From: an uncultured Pirellulales bacterium
GTDB taxonomy: Bacteria; Planctomycetota; Phycisphaerae; Sedimentisphaerales; Anaerobacaceae
NCBI GenBank assembly: GCA_964432925.1
Contig: CAYSPM010000001.1
Location: 32,813 to 70,440, forward strand
Reading direction: 5' to 3'
DNA: 37,628 nt
Under the pieces are notes generated by a model. It made no database searches, was not told where the DNA came from, and saw nothing but the letters and a program-made list of their open reading frames with translations. A program made the translations under genes and the position numbers. Positions 25,912 to 34,747 of the stretch are shown here, in pieces. Position 1 is the stretch's first letter. Each line of letters begins with the position of its first letter.

Positions 25912-26427
25912 TCAAATCACATTGTTATTTTGCTGTTGTCTTTGTAGATTTGATGCCGCGTCTGTTACATCAGCCAGGGTTGTGATGGTCTCTGCGGTAC
26001 TGCCGATGAGAAGCCGTTGGTTGCCTACCTCGACAAGATGAACGGCCTTGCGCGAGCCGAGGTGGGCTGTTTCAAGAACGTGGATTTCCCTGCCAGGTAA
26101 ATTAGTTATTCTCGGCAGAAATCTCTTGGACAGGTAAAAAGCAGCTCCACCAAGCGCGATTACTAAAATGACGGAAATCGTCATTTTGAAGAACAGTTCT
26201 TGATTGCTAAGGTTTTCTGTGAATTGCTCCGAGAAACTGTTCTTGTCCGCCGGGGCTACGCCTGTATCGAGTTTGGGGCTTTGTTGGTTTGTTAGCTGAG
26301 CGGCGGAATGAGCCCGGTCAATTAGTACAACAGCTCCGCCCAGGGCCAATAGTGCTGCGAACGCAATAGTCCTGCGTCTATATCTGGTCACGCTGCCCGA
26401 GTCAGATCGCACAAACATATATTTCAA
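25912..26427 (-). CDS. fliO: Flagellar biosynthesis protein FliO
   Basis: 171 aa. A TM segment is followed by IHVLETAHLGSRKAVHLVEVGNQRLLIGSTAETITTLADV (FliO C-terminal pattern). Lies immediately upstream of fliP. The start is ambiguous (TTG 26427 or ATG 26418). Confidence 0.7.
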   Translation of the reverse strand: MKYMFVRSDSGSVTRYRRRTIAFAALLALGGAVVLIDRAHSAAQLTNQQSPKLDTGVAPADKNSFSEQFTENLSNQELFFKMTISVILVIALGGAAFYLSKRFLPRITNLPGREIHVLETAHLGSRKAVHLVEVGNQRLLIGSTAETITTLADVTDAASNLQRQQQNNNVI

Positions 26428-26507
26428 TTTCCTCTATGGCATTTATTGCGGAAGTTACGACATTCGAATATCGGACTGCCGCAAATTGCTGCATCCACTG
26501 GTCGTTG

Positions 26508-26523
26508 TGCAAATGATGTGCCT
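26508..26523 (-). promoter_or_regulatory. Sigma-54 -24/-12 promoter for fliOPQR-flhB
   Basis: The reverse complement reads aGGCAC-ATCAT-TTGCA with correct spacing. It is ~80 nt upstream of the fliO start and lies inside the only sizeable intergenic gap (197 bp) of the minus-strand block. Confidence 0.6.
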
Positions 26524-26560
26524 GAAAGTGAAAATATACCTTTATACGCTATTAATGCTG

Positions 26561-26608
26561 GTTTTTCGTCTGGATTTTGTTGCATGACGGAGCAGACTGT
26601 CGAAAAAC
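26561..26608 (-). other. Bulged hairpin just downstream of motB2 (possible operon boundary or processing structure)
   Basis: gtttttcg (26561-68) pairs with cgaaaaac (26601-08), plus tctg/caga with a 4-nt bulge and a 20-nt loop. No canonical U-tract follows it on the minus strand. Confidence 0.3.
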
Positions 26609-26624
26609 TTGACGGTTGCGCAGC

Positions 26625-27398
26625 TCAAATGTTGTTCTTGAGAACGGCAATCAAGATTTGAGATTGTTTTGGAACAGGGCTATCTTGACCGGCCCATTGC
26701 CCTCCCGGTCCGGCCCCCCACCACAGAACGGACCATTCATGTCTGTTGCCGAGCACATCGTACTGACCCTGACGAGCTGAGTCGAATGACAATATCTGCT
26801 GCAGGAGGTCAGCTACCACGCGTGCTCGCTCAGCGGACAGTAGCCACTGTTTTTTTTCTGTCGCTTCATCACCAGCCAAGCCGAGTACGTACAGAGTACC
26901 AGGCTCGGAGTCATGGCTTTGTTGCAGGTCCAGGCAGAAATCAGCCAAAAATCGCTTTGCCGATTCATTCAAAGTTGCTTGGCCAGAGGCAAACTGAATG
27001 TCGGTTACCGCAAAGTTTGTGCTCGCCGCCACGATTTGCGATGGCATTGTCGCCATTGATTGCCTTATCCGCTCGAAAGCTCGACGAAGTTTCTCTCTTT
27101 GTTCATCTATACCTCTGGTCTCTGATATATTGTTAGGATCGCTTGTTGAGTATTTGATTTTCATTTCACCCATATCTGTTCGCATTCTTTTGCCAAGTAA
27201 CGGCCCAAGTCCGCAGTATTTTACAGACTGCCAGAATGAGTCGCGACCTTTGTTAAAAAGCTCGGGGTCCTGAACCTCAGCAAGGCTCAGCAGCATCACA
27301 AAGAATGTCAGCAGCAATGTCACCATATCAGAGAATGTGACTATATATGCTGGTACCTTAGATGACCCCTCGTCTTGTGCGCGGGAGCTGGTTTTCAA
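26625..27398 (-). CDS. motB: MotB-family stator protein, distal paralog (OmpA-like C-terminus)
   Basis: 257 aa. The TM/plug region PAYIVTFSDMVTLLLTFFVMLLSL carries the conserved Asp. The C-terminal WLLSAERARVVADLL matches the OmpA-like LSxxRAxxV. Apparent TTG start overlaps the upstream stop (TTGA). Confidence 0.8.
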   Translation of the reverse strand: MKTSSRAQDEGSSKVPAYIVTFSDMVTLLLTFFVMLLSLAEVQDPELFNKGRDSFWQSVKYCGLGPLLGKRMRTDMGEMKIKYSTSDPNNISETRGIDEQREKLRRAFERIRQSMATMPSQIVAASTNFAVTDIQFASGQATLNESAKRFLADFCLDLQQSHDSEPGTLYVLGLAGDEATEKKQWLLSAERARVVADLLQQILSFDSARQGQYDVLGNRHEWSVLWWGAGPGGQWAGQDSPVPKQSQILIAVLKNNI

Positions 27399-28096
27399 CG
27401 GTAAATGCTCCGTTCTAATATCACGATTTCGAGTCTGCGACTGTCTTTTCGATTCGTGGCATACCCTATGTTGTCCAATCCGTTTTTTTCTGGGATTGTA
27501 CTTCTTGTAGAGATGCCGAACCGCTTTTTGTCGAGCCCATGTTTATTCGTTAAGTATTCTGTTATGGCCCATGTACGTTTCAGCCCAACATCTTGGTTGC
27601 CCGTGCTGTCATGCTCGTTCTCACTTATTACGATCCTATTAGGGATCGCCTTGAGCAACTCAGCAATATCCGACAAAGTCCTCCGCCCTTCAGCCGAGAT
27701 TAGGATTCCCTTACCCCAGAAAATTCTACTTGACGGGGTCACGAAAACCTTTTTATTCTGAAATTCTAAAAACTCCGTCTCCTCTTTCGGATTAGCTTCG
27801 ATATTCCCCTCCAAAGTTGGTTTCTCACTGCCCTTGTCAATTTCTTTGTTATACTTTATCTGTTTAACTTCGGTAAAAGCCTCCCTGTCCTTAGTGAGCG
27901 ACATGCCCACTGAGGGCAACGCCTCAGCCAACGATGTCTCCATCTTACGGAAAACCTTGTCGTCAAATGAGGAGAAGGTCAAAAGCAGAACGAAGAACGT
28001 CAGAAGCAACGTCATACAATCGCTGAAAGTCACCATCCATTCAGGTGCGCCGGCAGAATCCTCATCCGCTTGTACCTTTTTACTTGTGCCAGCCAT
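27395..28096 (-). CDS. motB: MotB-family stator protein, motA-proximal paralog
   Basis: 233 aa. APEWMVTFSDCMTLLLTFFVLLLTF carries the conserved Asp. The C-terminus has ITEYLTNKHGLDKKRF and NRKDSRRLEIVI (an NRRVEI-like OmpA end). The ATG overlaps the motA stop (TAATG). Confidence 0.8.
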   Translation of the reverse strand: MAGTSKKVQADEDSAGAPEWMVTFSDCMTLLLTFFVLLLTFSSFDDKVFRKMETSLAEALPSVGMSLTKDREAFTEVKQIKYNKEIDKGSEKPTLEGNIEANPKEETEFLEFQNKKVFVTPSSRIFWGKGILISAEGRRTLSDIAELLKAIPNRIVISENEHDSTGNQDVGLKRTWAITEYLTNKHGLDKKRFGISTRSTIPEKNGLDNIGYATNRKDSRRLEIVILERSIYR

Positions 28097-28866
28097 TAGA
28101 CAGTTGCTTTCACTTCTTGGCGTCTATTTTGTGAGACGAACGCTTGTATCCTTTCCCTGACGATGGTTGGATTGTCACCTTGCGCAATGGCGCAGAGGCC
28201 CTCCGCAATCATTTCCATTGCTGTTGTCTCTTCTTTTGAGTAAATACCCAGCTTCCCTGCCAGCGGCAGAAAAATTAGATTGGCCGTCAGGGCCCCGTAG
28301 AATGTTGTAAGCAGCGCTACTGCCATTCCCCGACCGATTGATTCAGGAGACTCCAGCGTCCTTAGCATCTGGATCAAGCCAATAAGTGTACCTATCATCC
28401 CAAATGCCGGCGCTGCCGCGCCCATGAACTCCAGTATCTTCTTGCCTTTGTAATGGCGTTCTTGGAGGTGTTGAATCTCCGGCTCTAAAAGATCTCGAAT
28501 AGATTCAGAATCCTGTCCATCCACGAGCATCTGCAAACCTTTGACGAAGAACGGGTCACTGAGGTTGGCGATTTCTGGTTCTAAGGCCAAGGCACCGTCG
28601 CGCCTGTTGATGGCGGCGAAGTTGACCATTTTCTGGATCAGCTCCTTCTGTGATGGTATTTTGGTGACAATTGTCTTTTTGATTACCGAGAATATCCCCA
28701 AAAATTGTGGCAGCGAGAAATGTATAAGGGTCGCGCATAACATTCCTCCTATAGTTATGGCCATTGACGGCAAGTGAATGAATATTTGCCAGCCGCTACT
28801 GCTTACTACGGCACTTGTGATGACCATAAAGCCCAGCAGTATTCCAATTATTGTCGCAATATCCAT
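28096..28866 (-). CDS. motA: Flagellar stator protein MotA (MotA/TolQ/ExbB family)
   Basis: 256 aa. Four TM segments and MGAAAPAFGMIGTLIGLIQML, typical of MotA. Directly followed by the motB genes. Confidence 0.9.
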   Translation of the reverse strand: MDIATIIGILLGFMVITSAVVSSSGWQIFIHLPSMAITIGGMLCATLIHFSLPQFLGIFSVIKKTIVTKIPSQKELIQKMVNFAAINRRDGALALEPEIANLSDPFFVKGLQMLVDGQDSESIRDLLEPEIQHLQERHYKGKKILEFMGAAAPAFGMIGTLIGLIQMLRTLESPESIGRGMAVALLTTFYGALTANLIFLPLAGKLGIYSKEETTAMEMIAEGLCAIAQGDNPTIVRERIQAFVSQNRRQEVKATV

Positions 28867-28870
28867 ATTG

Positions 28871-29590
28871 TTACTCTCTCTCGACCACTTGTTTCAATCT
28901 CTGGCATAGAACCGCTGCAAGCTTGGGCTCAGTTGAAACTAATTCTGCTAATAGTTTGGCCTTGGTTCTCTCAGTCATATAGTGCAGTATTTTCACTGCG
29001 TCATCCATACTGTTTTGCATACCTCCACCAACCTTTGATACTTGAGACGTGCACATATTGGTCAATATCTGGCTTGCACTTGAAGCGTCCATCTTGTCAT
29101 AGGTAGCTGCGATGGACAGCAGGTTGGTCTTTTCAGCCTTGCCTATTTCAACCCTGCTCTTCTGTAGCCTGTCGCGCTCGTTCTTAAGACTGACGACAGC
29201 CGATGAAAGTTCTACTCGCAGATTGTCCAAATCTTCTATATCTTTTCGCAGTGTCTCCTGAGTGATTTGAAGTCTTTGCTCTCGCTTCTCGAGGCTTTGT
29301 AGCTTCTGGTCATACTCTTGCATCTTCTCGCGAACGTCAAAGATAAGCTCCTTTAAGTGTCGTTCCGCCAGGGTTTTCTCTGTCGTCTGCTCCTCCATCC
29401 CAGTAGTGCCGAGCGAGTCAGCTTGTTGATAAGGCACTTTCAGCTCTGCTCGGCTGCTTGCCGTTGTTGACTGTGCTGACTGACTCGGAGGTGCTGGGGC
29501 AGTGCTCTTGGTCAGCCGTGCCAGGACAAACGCACCCGAAAAACTCAACAAACCTGCCCCTGCCATTATTATTATCAGCTTTTTATTCAC
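28871..29590 (-). CDS. YlxF/FlbB-like flagellar protein (signal-anchor, coiled coil, MgtE_N-like C-terminal segment)
   Basis: 239 aa. An N-terminal TM segment (LIIIMAGAGLLSFSGAFVLA), a long coiled coil, and C-terminal IAATYDKMDASSASQILTNM...AVKILHYMTERTKAKLLAEL resembling MgtE_N-type helices. It occupies the position after fliJ, as ylxF does in fla/che-type operons. Confidence 0.5.
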   Translation of the reverse strand: MNKKLIIIMAGAGLLSFSGAFVLARLTKSTAPAPPSQSAQSTTASSRAELKVPYQQADSLGTTGMEEQTTEKTLAERHLKELIFDVREKMQEYDQKLQSLEKREQRLQITQETLRKDIEDLDNLRVELSSAVVSLKNERDRLQKSRVEIGKAEKTNLLSIAATYDKMDASSASQILTNMCTSQVSKVGGGMQNSMDDAVKILHYMTERTKAKLLAELVSTEPKLAAVLCQRLKQVVERE

Positions 29591-29650
29591 CAGTTTTCTC
29601 CTAACTGTGTTCTGCCATGTTAAAGTGGACTTTTACTTTGCCATCTATCA

Positions 29651-30100
29651 CTACCTGGCTCCTGTCTTTCGGGCATAGGTGACAGTGGCTCCTTCGTCCA
29701 AATCTTTTTGTTCAAGCTTTTCTTGTTCCTTTATGAATTCTCTTTTTGCCGTCGCTTGTAGTTTCTCGAGCCCTTCTTTGAATTGTCTTATCTTTAGAAC
29801 TTCAGCGATCTTTTGCTTTTGTTTCGATTCCAGTACGCTCAGTTCATTCTTAAGCCTCTTAATTTGATCATCGTTCGTCGTCGAGTGCCTCAGGAGAAAT
29901 TCTTGTTCGCTTAACCGCTCGTCGGCTCTCCTTTCGGCTATGTTCCTTATAATCTCTCTCAATATTTGCTGTTGTCTGAGCAGTTTACCTCGTGTCTGAG
30001 CAAGCCTTTCTGTTAGCTGGAACAGTTCTGTTCGTTTTGCCTGTTCTTCTTTTTTCTTGATGTCGAGAACACGTTGCAGACGCCATACGAATTTTTTCAT
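29651..30100 (-). CDS. fliJ: Flagellar export chaperone/stalk protein FliJ
   Basis: 149-aa all-coiled-coil protein (FVWRLQRVLDIKKKEEQAKRTELFQL...) immediately downstream of fliI. Confidence 0.7.
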   Translation of the reverse strand: MKKFVWRLQRVLDIKKKEEQAKRTELFQLTERLAQTRGKLLRQQQILREIIRNIAERRADERLSEQEFLLRHSTTNDDQIKRLKNELSVLESKQKQKIAEVLKIRQFKEGLEKLQATAKREFIKEQEKLEQKDLDEGATVTYARKTGAR

Positions 30101-30132
30101 TTAAAGGCTAAGCCTTTAATTCTTGTTACTCG

Positions 30133-31500
30133 TTAATTCTTAATACTTAGCATCTGGTCCCAGGCCTGCGTAATAGCAGTCAACTGCTCTACGGTTTCCC
30201 GAAAGCTGGTTCTTTGGCGTACCGGCTGGATGAGAAAGGCGTTTATTCTATCGATCAATGTAATCGCTCCATCGATGTGTTGATTACTGCCGGGAGAAAA
30301 TGCGCCTATGTTTATCAGGTCCTCAGCATCGGTATATATGGCGTATATTTCTTTTAGCTTCTGAGCGGCAGTTCTGTGTTCTTTGCTGACCACTGCAGGC
30401 ATTAGTCGGCTGACACTTAGCAGAATGTCTACAGCCGGATAGTGTCCTCTGTCGGCCAGTTTCCGCGACAGTACTATATGCCCGTCAAGCAAGCTCCGGG
30501 CACTGTCTGCTACAGGATCAGCAAGGTCGTCGTTTTCAACCAGCACTGTCAGGATACCCGTGATGCTGCCGTTTTCGGCACAGCCGAGCCTCTCTATCAG
30601 ACGCGGCATCAGAGAAAAAACACTTGGGCAGTATCCTTTTGTTGCAGGTGGTTCACCCGCTGCAAGACCTATCTCCCGCTGTGCTTGAGCGAAGCGTGTG
30701 AGTGAGTCCATCATGAACAGAACGTTCTTGGCTTTGTCCCTGAAGTATTCGGCGATTGTCACTGCCACAAACGCTGCTTTTACTCGCTGAATTGGTGGCG
30801 CGTCAGACGCAGCGACCACGACTACACTGCGGGCCAAACCGTCGGCGCCGAGGTTTTCTTCGAGAAATTCTCGGACCTCCCGGCCACGCTCGCCAATCAA
30901 AGCCACAACGTTGACAGCAGCTTCGCTTGAATTCGCAATGTCTCCAAGTAGCACGCTTTTGCCCACGCCGCTACCTGAAAAGATACCGACTCGCTGGCCC
31001 TTGCCGCAGGTCAGCACACTATCAATCGACCGAATGCCCAGAGCCAATGGCTCTGTAATTCTTTCCCTGCTCAATGGTGGTGGGCTGCTTATGTCTAATG
31101 GCCGCTGTTCTGTCCCTGGTAAAGGCCCTTTATTGTCTATTGGCTCTCCCAGTCCGTTCAGCACTCTGCCCAGAACAGCCTCGCTCAGGCCGATATGGCG
31201 CACAGTAGTCCGGGCTGTTATCGTATCACCTGGTGATATGCCTTCGATATGTTCCAGCGGCAGCAGAATGAGATGGTCGTTGCGGAAACCCACCACCTCA
31301 GCCAGCACACGCCTGCCATCCCGAATATGGATTCCGCAGAGCTCACCTAAGCCCACAACTGGCCCAGCCGATTCAACCGTCATACCGGACACACGCACCA
31401 CATAACCCTGGCAGTCCAGCAGATTCACGTTCTCCAAGGCTGAACGGAACTGCTCAAAATCGATCGAAGAGCTATTTGTATCGCTCGACGCCGTACTCAT
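30133..31500 (-). CDS. fliI: Flagellum-specific ATPase FliI
   Basis: 455 aa. Walker A GIFSGSGVGKSVLLG, Walker B VLFMMDSLTRFAQAQREI, and the F1/T3SS-ATPase blocks GSITGILTVLVENDD and DGHIVLSRKLADRGHYPAVD. Confidence 0.96.
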   Translation of the reverse strand: MSTASSDTNSSSIDFEQFRSALENVNLLDCQGYVVRVSGMTVESAGPVVGLGELCGIHIRDGRRVLAEVVGFRNDHLILLPLEHIEGISPGDTITARTTVRHIGLSEAVLGRVLNGLGEPIDNKGPLPGTEQRPLDISSPPPLSRERITEPLALGIRSIDSVLTCGKGQRVGIFSGSGVGKSVLLGDIANSSEAAVNVVALIGERGREVREFLEENLGADGLARSVVVVAASDAPPIQRVKAAFVAVTIAEYFRDKAKNVLFMMDSLTRFAQAQREIGLAAGEPPATKGYCPSVFSLMPRLIERLGCAENGSITGILTVLVENDDLADPVADSARSLLDGHIVLSRKLADRGHYPAVDILLSVSRLMPAVVSKEHRTAAQKLKEIYAIYTDAEDLINIGAFSPGSNQHIDGAITLIDRINAFLIQPVRQRTSFRETVEQLTAITQAWDQMLSIKN

Positions 31501-32123
31501 TATTTCACTTTCGTAAGTGCCTCAATAATTCGTTCCATGTGCTCATCGATGAGCGATTTAACTATGCCTTTCGGCGTCTCGACCAGGCATTCTGCTCGCC
31601 CGATACCTGGATCGGCAACAAACTTAATCTTTGCGAAGCCGCTGCTCGGGTCATCCTCTTGCAGCTTCTGGCATTGAACCAGGTCATCAGGATTTAGATG
31701 CACCACTATATCTTGGTGTACGGGGGCATTCTTCAGGACCTCTTTAACGATAGCTTCGATTTTGTAGTCGCCTTTTTCTATTTTCTGCATCAATACTTTG
31801 TTGGCTATCTCCACTGAAAGTCTGGCTATCTCATCCTTATGCCTAGCCAATACGTCGGTGTAGAGCTGATTGAGTTTGTCGGCGATTACGCGGAGTGTTT
31901 GATGGGCCCTTGCTAACCCAGCCTTTTGTTCTTCCAGTTCGGCGACAGCCCTGGCTTGTTGAGTATCAATGGTTGAGCTAAGCCCTTCATCACTGGGCAT
32001 GCCACCATCAGTATATGTCACGCCATTCGGACGGATGTTACTGGGGCATTCACCACTGTAATCGTTAAGGATCGTTACCGACGTTACTGGTTTGTCCAGG
32101 TGTATTTCTACGGTACCGGACAT
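31500..32123 (-). CDS. fliH: Flagellar export stator FliH
   Basis: 207 aa with a central coiled coil and a FliH-like C-terminal domain (IARLSVEIANKVLMQKIE...IVVHLNPDDL). It lies between fliG and fliI, with a 1-nt overlap with fliI. Confidence 0.75.
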   Translation of the reverse strand: MSGTVEIHLDKPVTSVTILNDYSGECPSNIRPNGVTYTDGGMPSDEGLSSTIDTQQARAVAELEEQKAGLARAHQTLRVIADKLNQLYTDVLARHKDEIARLSVEIANKVLMQKIEKGDYKIEAIVKEVLKNAPVHQDIVVHLNPDDLVQCQKLQEDDPSSGFAKIKFVADPGIGRAECLVETPKGIVKSLIDEHMERIIEALTKVK

Positions 32124-32127
32124 CTTA

Positions 32128-33129
32128 TCATTCTTCTACAAAACTGAGTTCACCTTTGCTGTTCATTTCGCGCAGAGTGCCAACGATTTTCTCCCTGGCT
32201 TCTTTAATCTCCTCCTTTTTTGGAGCTGACATGAGGGACGCTTCTTCATCCACAAGAGCCGCGGCTCTCTCGGAAATGTTGGCCCTTATCTTTTGGGTGA
32301 TATTGTCTGGAGCATCTCGTAGGGCAAGCGCCAGTTGCCGTTCGTCGATGCCTCGCAGCGCCTCTTGTAGCGGCCTGTCAGCTACCTGTGGGATATCGTC
32401 CCAGACTATCATTAAGTTGTTTACTTTTGTGCTGGCTTCGCTGTCTTTTTTCTGGATAGCATCGAGTATGCCGTCTCGAAGCTCTTTTTCCAGGTTTCGC
32501 AAGATCACCGCGACTTTACGCAAGGATTCGTCGGGACGCGCTTGCACAGCACCGTTTTTGCTCGAAGCTGCAAGTGCTTCAAGGCGCTTATTGACTGTCT
32601 CCGCTATGCGTCCCTTTGCTTCGGTTGTCACATTTTCGACACTTGTCATCCTGCTGATTGCGCTTAGTCTCATGCCCTCTCCCAACAAGCCGATGATCTC
32701 TGAACTTTTTCTGGCTGGCATTTCTGATAAAACCACAGCAACAGCCTGAGGGTGCTCATTTTCCAGCACTGATGCCAGTGTCTTTAGGTCGGTTGAACGG
32801 ATATTTATGAAAGGGTCACGCTTGTATAGTAAATCCTGGATTTGTGTCTGGATCTGCGTTGCCTTTTCGTCACCGACCGTACTCTTGAGCATTTCATTTA
32901 GAAAACCTTTGAAGTGAAATGTTGGTTGACTCTGCAGTGAACTGTAGAATTGCCTTGCGATTTCGGCGCCCTGTTTGCTGTTGTTGTAGCCCGCGGCGTC
33001 GAGATAGCTCAGTTCGACCGCCAGATCTTGAACTGTTTCTGGTTTGATACCTTTGAGTAGTTCGGAAGCGGTCCCAACATCGAGGTTCATTAGTAGCATC
33101 GCAGCTTTTTGTTTCCCTGTCAGCACCAT
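32128..33129 (-). CDS. fliG: Flagellar motor switch/rotor protein FliG
   Basis: LTGKQKAAMLLMNL N-terminus. C-terminal torque-helix region MIVWDDIPQVADRPLQEALRGIDERQLALALRDAPDNITQKIRANISERAA. ATG at 33129 has an AGGTG RBS; the track start 33159 is a TTG inside fliF. Confidence 0.93.
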   Translation of the reverse strand: MVLTGKQKAAMLLMNLDVGTASELLKGIKPETVQDLAVELSYLDAAGYNNSKQGAEIARQFYSSLQSQPTFHFKGFLNEMLKSTVGDEKATQIQTQIQDLLYKRDPFINIRSTDLKTLASVLENEHPQAVAVVLSEMPARKSSEIIGLLGEGMRLSAISRMTSVENVTTEAKGRIAETVNKRLEALAASSKNGAVQARPDESLRKVAVILRNLEKELRDGILDAIQKKDSEASTKVNNLMIVWDDIPQVADRPLQEALRGIDERQLALALRDAPDNITQKIRANISERAAALVDEEASLMSAPKKEEIKEAREKIVGTLREMNSKGELSFVEE

Positions 33130-33137
33130 GTTGGCAC

Positions 33138-34643
33138 CTACTGCTTTTCTTCGATCCAACTGGTAAACAATTGCCTGACTTGCTCCGGATTGCTTCGCAG
33201 TGCACCGGCTATTTGTCTGCGCAGCGCTAATTGTTCTGAAGCACTCTCACCGGCTGGAAGAAGACCGGTTGGCCCCTCAACCAACGGCAATTGCCCAGAT
33301 CCTGTCGCTGATGCAGCTTTTTTTCTTGCGCTGTTAAATATTCGGAAGACAAGCAACGCGCAAATAGCCATAATACCCAGGCTCGCATTGCGTGCGATTG
33401 CAATGTAGCGTGCCCAATTGGAAGGCTCTTCTTGCAACAATGGTTCAGCTTGGCGATGGAACTTAACCTGGACCACTTTCAACTCATCTGTCTGTTTAAG
33501 TCCCAGCGCATTTCTAATAATATCCTCCACGTCAGAAAGCTGCATTATTGGTGCCGCTTGGCTGGCGGCGTCCGCCTCATTTGCATCTGCCGGCGATAGG
33601 TCAACAAAGGCCGCAACGGACAAGGATTTAATCTCGCCAGGCAGAATGACCTGCTGTTTTACTGTTTTGCCAACTTCGTATTCGGTTATGACTGTTTCGT
33701 CCTTCTTTGTTGACCCGGGAGTTATTGCTCCAGCTTCTCCTGACGCGCGAGCCTGTTCGGTCTCTGAGTTTGTTGTGATTTCCTCCTTTGTGGGCACCTT
33801 TGCGCTTGGCTCGTATGTTTCCGTAACGGTATTGACGCTGTTCATATCGATAACTGCGCTAACCCTCACCGTTGCCCGGCCTGTTCCTAGAACCGCTGTG
33901 AGCATATCTTCAGCCTTTTTCGCCAGACTTGCTTCCACTCTTTCCCTGTAATCGTGCACAGTGCCAGCCCCGCTAATCATTGTCTGGTCTGAGCTGCTGG
34001 AAAGAAGGTGTCCTTGGCTGTCTATCACCGTTACATTTTCGGATTTGAGTCCCTTGACACTCCCTGAGACTAAATTTGTGATTGCGGCTATATTAACCGC
34101 GCTTAACTTATAGCCGGGTCTGAGTCGGAGAACCACCGATGCGGTGGTCTCTTCACCTGTTGATGCAAATAGCTTTTGCTCATTGCTTACTATGTGCACG
34201 CGTGCGTGGGCTACTCCGTCTATCATCTGGATGCTCTTGGCGAGCTCGTCTTGCAGTGCGCGTTTGAGGTTGACGTTCTGAACGAACGGGCTGACGCCAA
34301 TCTTCTCGTCATCGAAGATCCTGTAGCCGCTTTGCTCGCCGGTGGGAAGCCCCTCCTTTGCCATATCCAGGCGAAGCTGATAGACATTTTGCTTTGGAAC
34401 ATAAATTGTTGTGCCCCCATCTCGCAGTTCGTAAGGAACGTCTTTGTCGCTGATCTTCTCTGTGATCTTGGACGCTTCCGAGGGAGCTAATCCTTGGTAC
34501 AGCATTCTCATGTCAGGTTTACGCGCCCAATGAACGAGTAGCCCCCCGATAACCAGCAGTGTCAATCCTACCGTAATCAGAAGGGCCCGCTGGATTAAGC
34601 TTATCTTCTGCCAGATTAATGTTAGCTTTCGTAAAAGATTCAT
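33138..34643 (-). CDS. fliF: Flagellar MS-ring protein FliF
   Basis: 501 aa. An N-terminal TM segment, YQGLAPSEASKITEKISDKDVPYELRDGGTTIYVPKQNVYQLRLDMAKEGLP, and a second TM near the C-terminus. Confidence 0.93.
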   Translation of the reverse strand: MNLLRKLTLIWQKISLIQRALLITVGLTLLVIGGLLVHWARKPDMRMLYQGLAPSEASKITEKISDKDVPYELRDGGTTIYVPKQNVYQLRLDMAKEGLPTGEQSGYRIFDDEKIGVSPFVQNVNLKRALQDELAKSIQMIDGVAHARVHIVSNEQKLFASTGEETTASVVLRLRPGYKLSAVNIAAITNLVSGSVKGLKSENVTVIDSQGHLLSSSSDQTMISGAGTVHDYRERVEASLAKKAEDMLTAVLGTGRATVRVSAVIDMNSVNTVTETYEPSAKVPTKEEITTNSETEQARASGEAGAITPGSTKKDETVITEYEVGKTVKQQVILPGEIKSLSVAAFVDLSPADANEADAASQAAPIMQLSDVEDIIRNALGLKQTDELKVVQVKFHRQAEPLLQEEPSNWARYIAIARNASLGIMAICALLVFRIFNSARKKAASATGSGQLPLVEGPTGLLPAGESASEQLALRRQIAGALRSNPEQVRQLFTSWIEEKQ

Positions 34644-34747
34644 TGAATCCTTTGTCTGTTAGCAGTCACTGCTTGCCAAATGCGTAGGCCGTCGTCTATC
34701 GCCTGCACTCGCGTAACCGCAGGTGCGAGTGATTATGGACCGAAGAT

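Noticed and set aside
26437-26449. TGGCAT-TTA-TTGC on the plus strand, which resembles a sigma-54 promoter.
   Set aside because: The spacer is 3 nt instead of 5, so the GG-GC spacing is wrong. There is also no credible downstream plus-strand gene.
26446-26661. A 71-aa plus-strand ORF in the motB2-fliO spacer.
   Set aside because: It has a non-ATG start, no RBS, a Cys-rich odd composition, and overlaps the motB2 3' end. The region is better explained by the hairpin and the minus-strand sigma-54 promoter.
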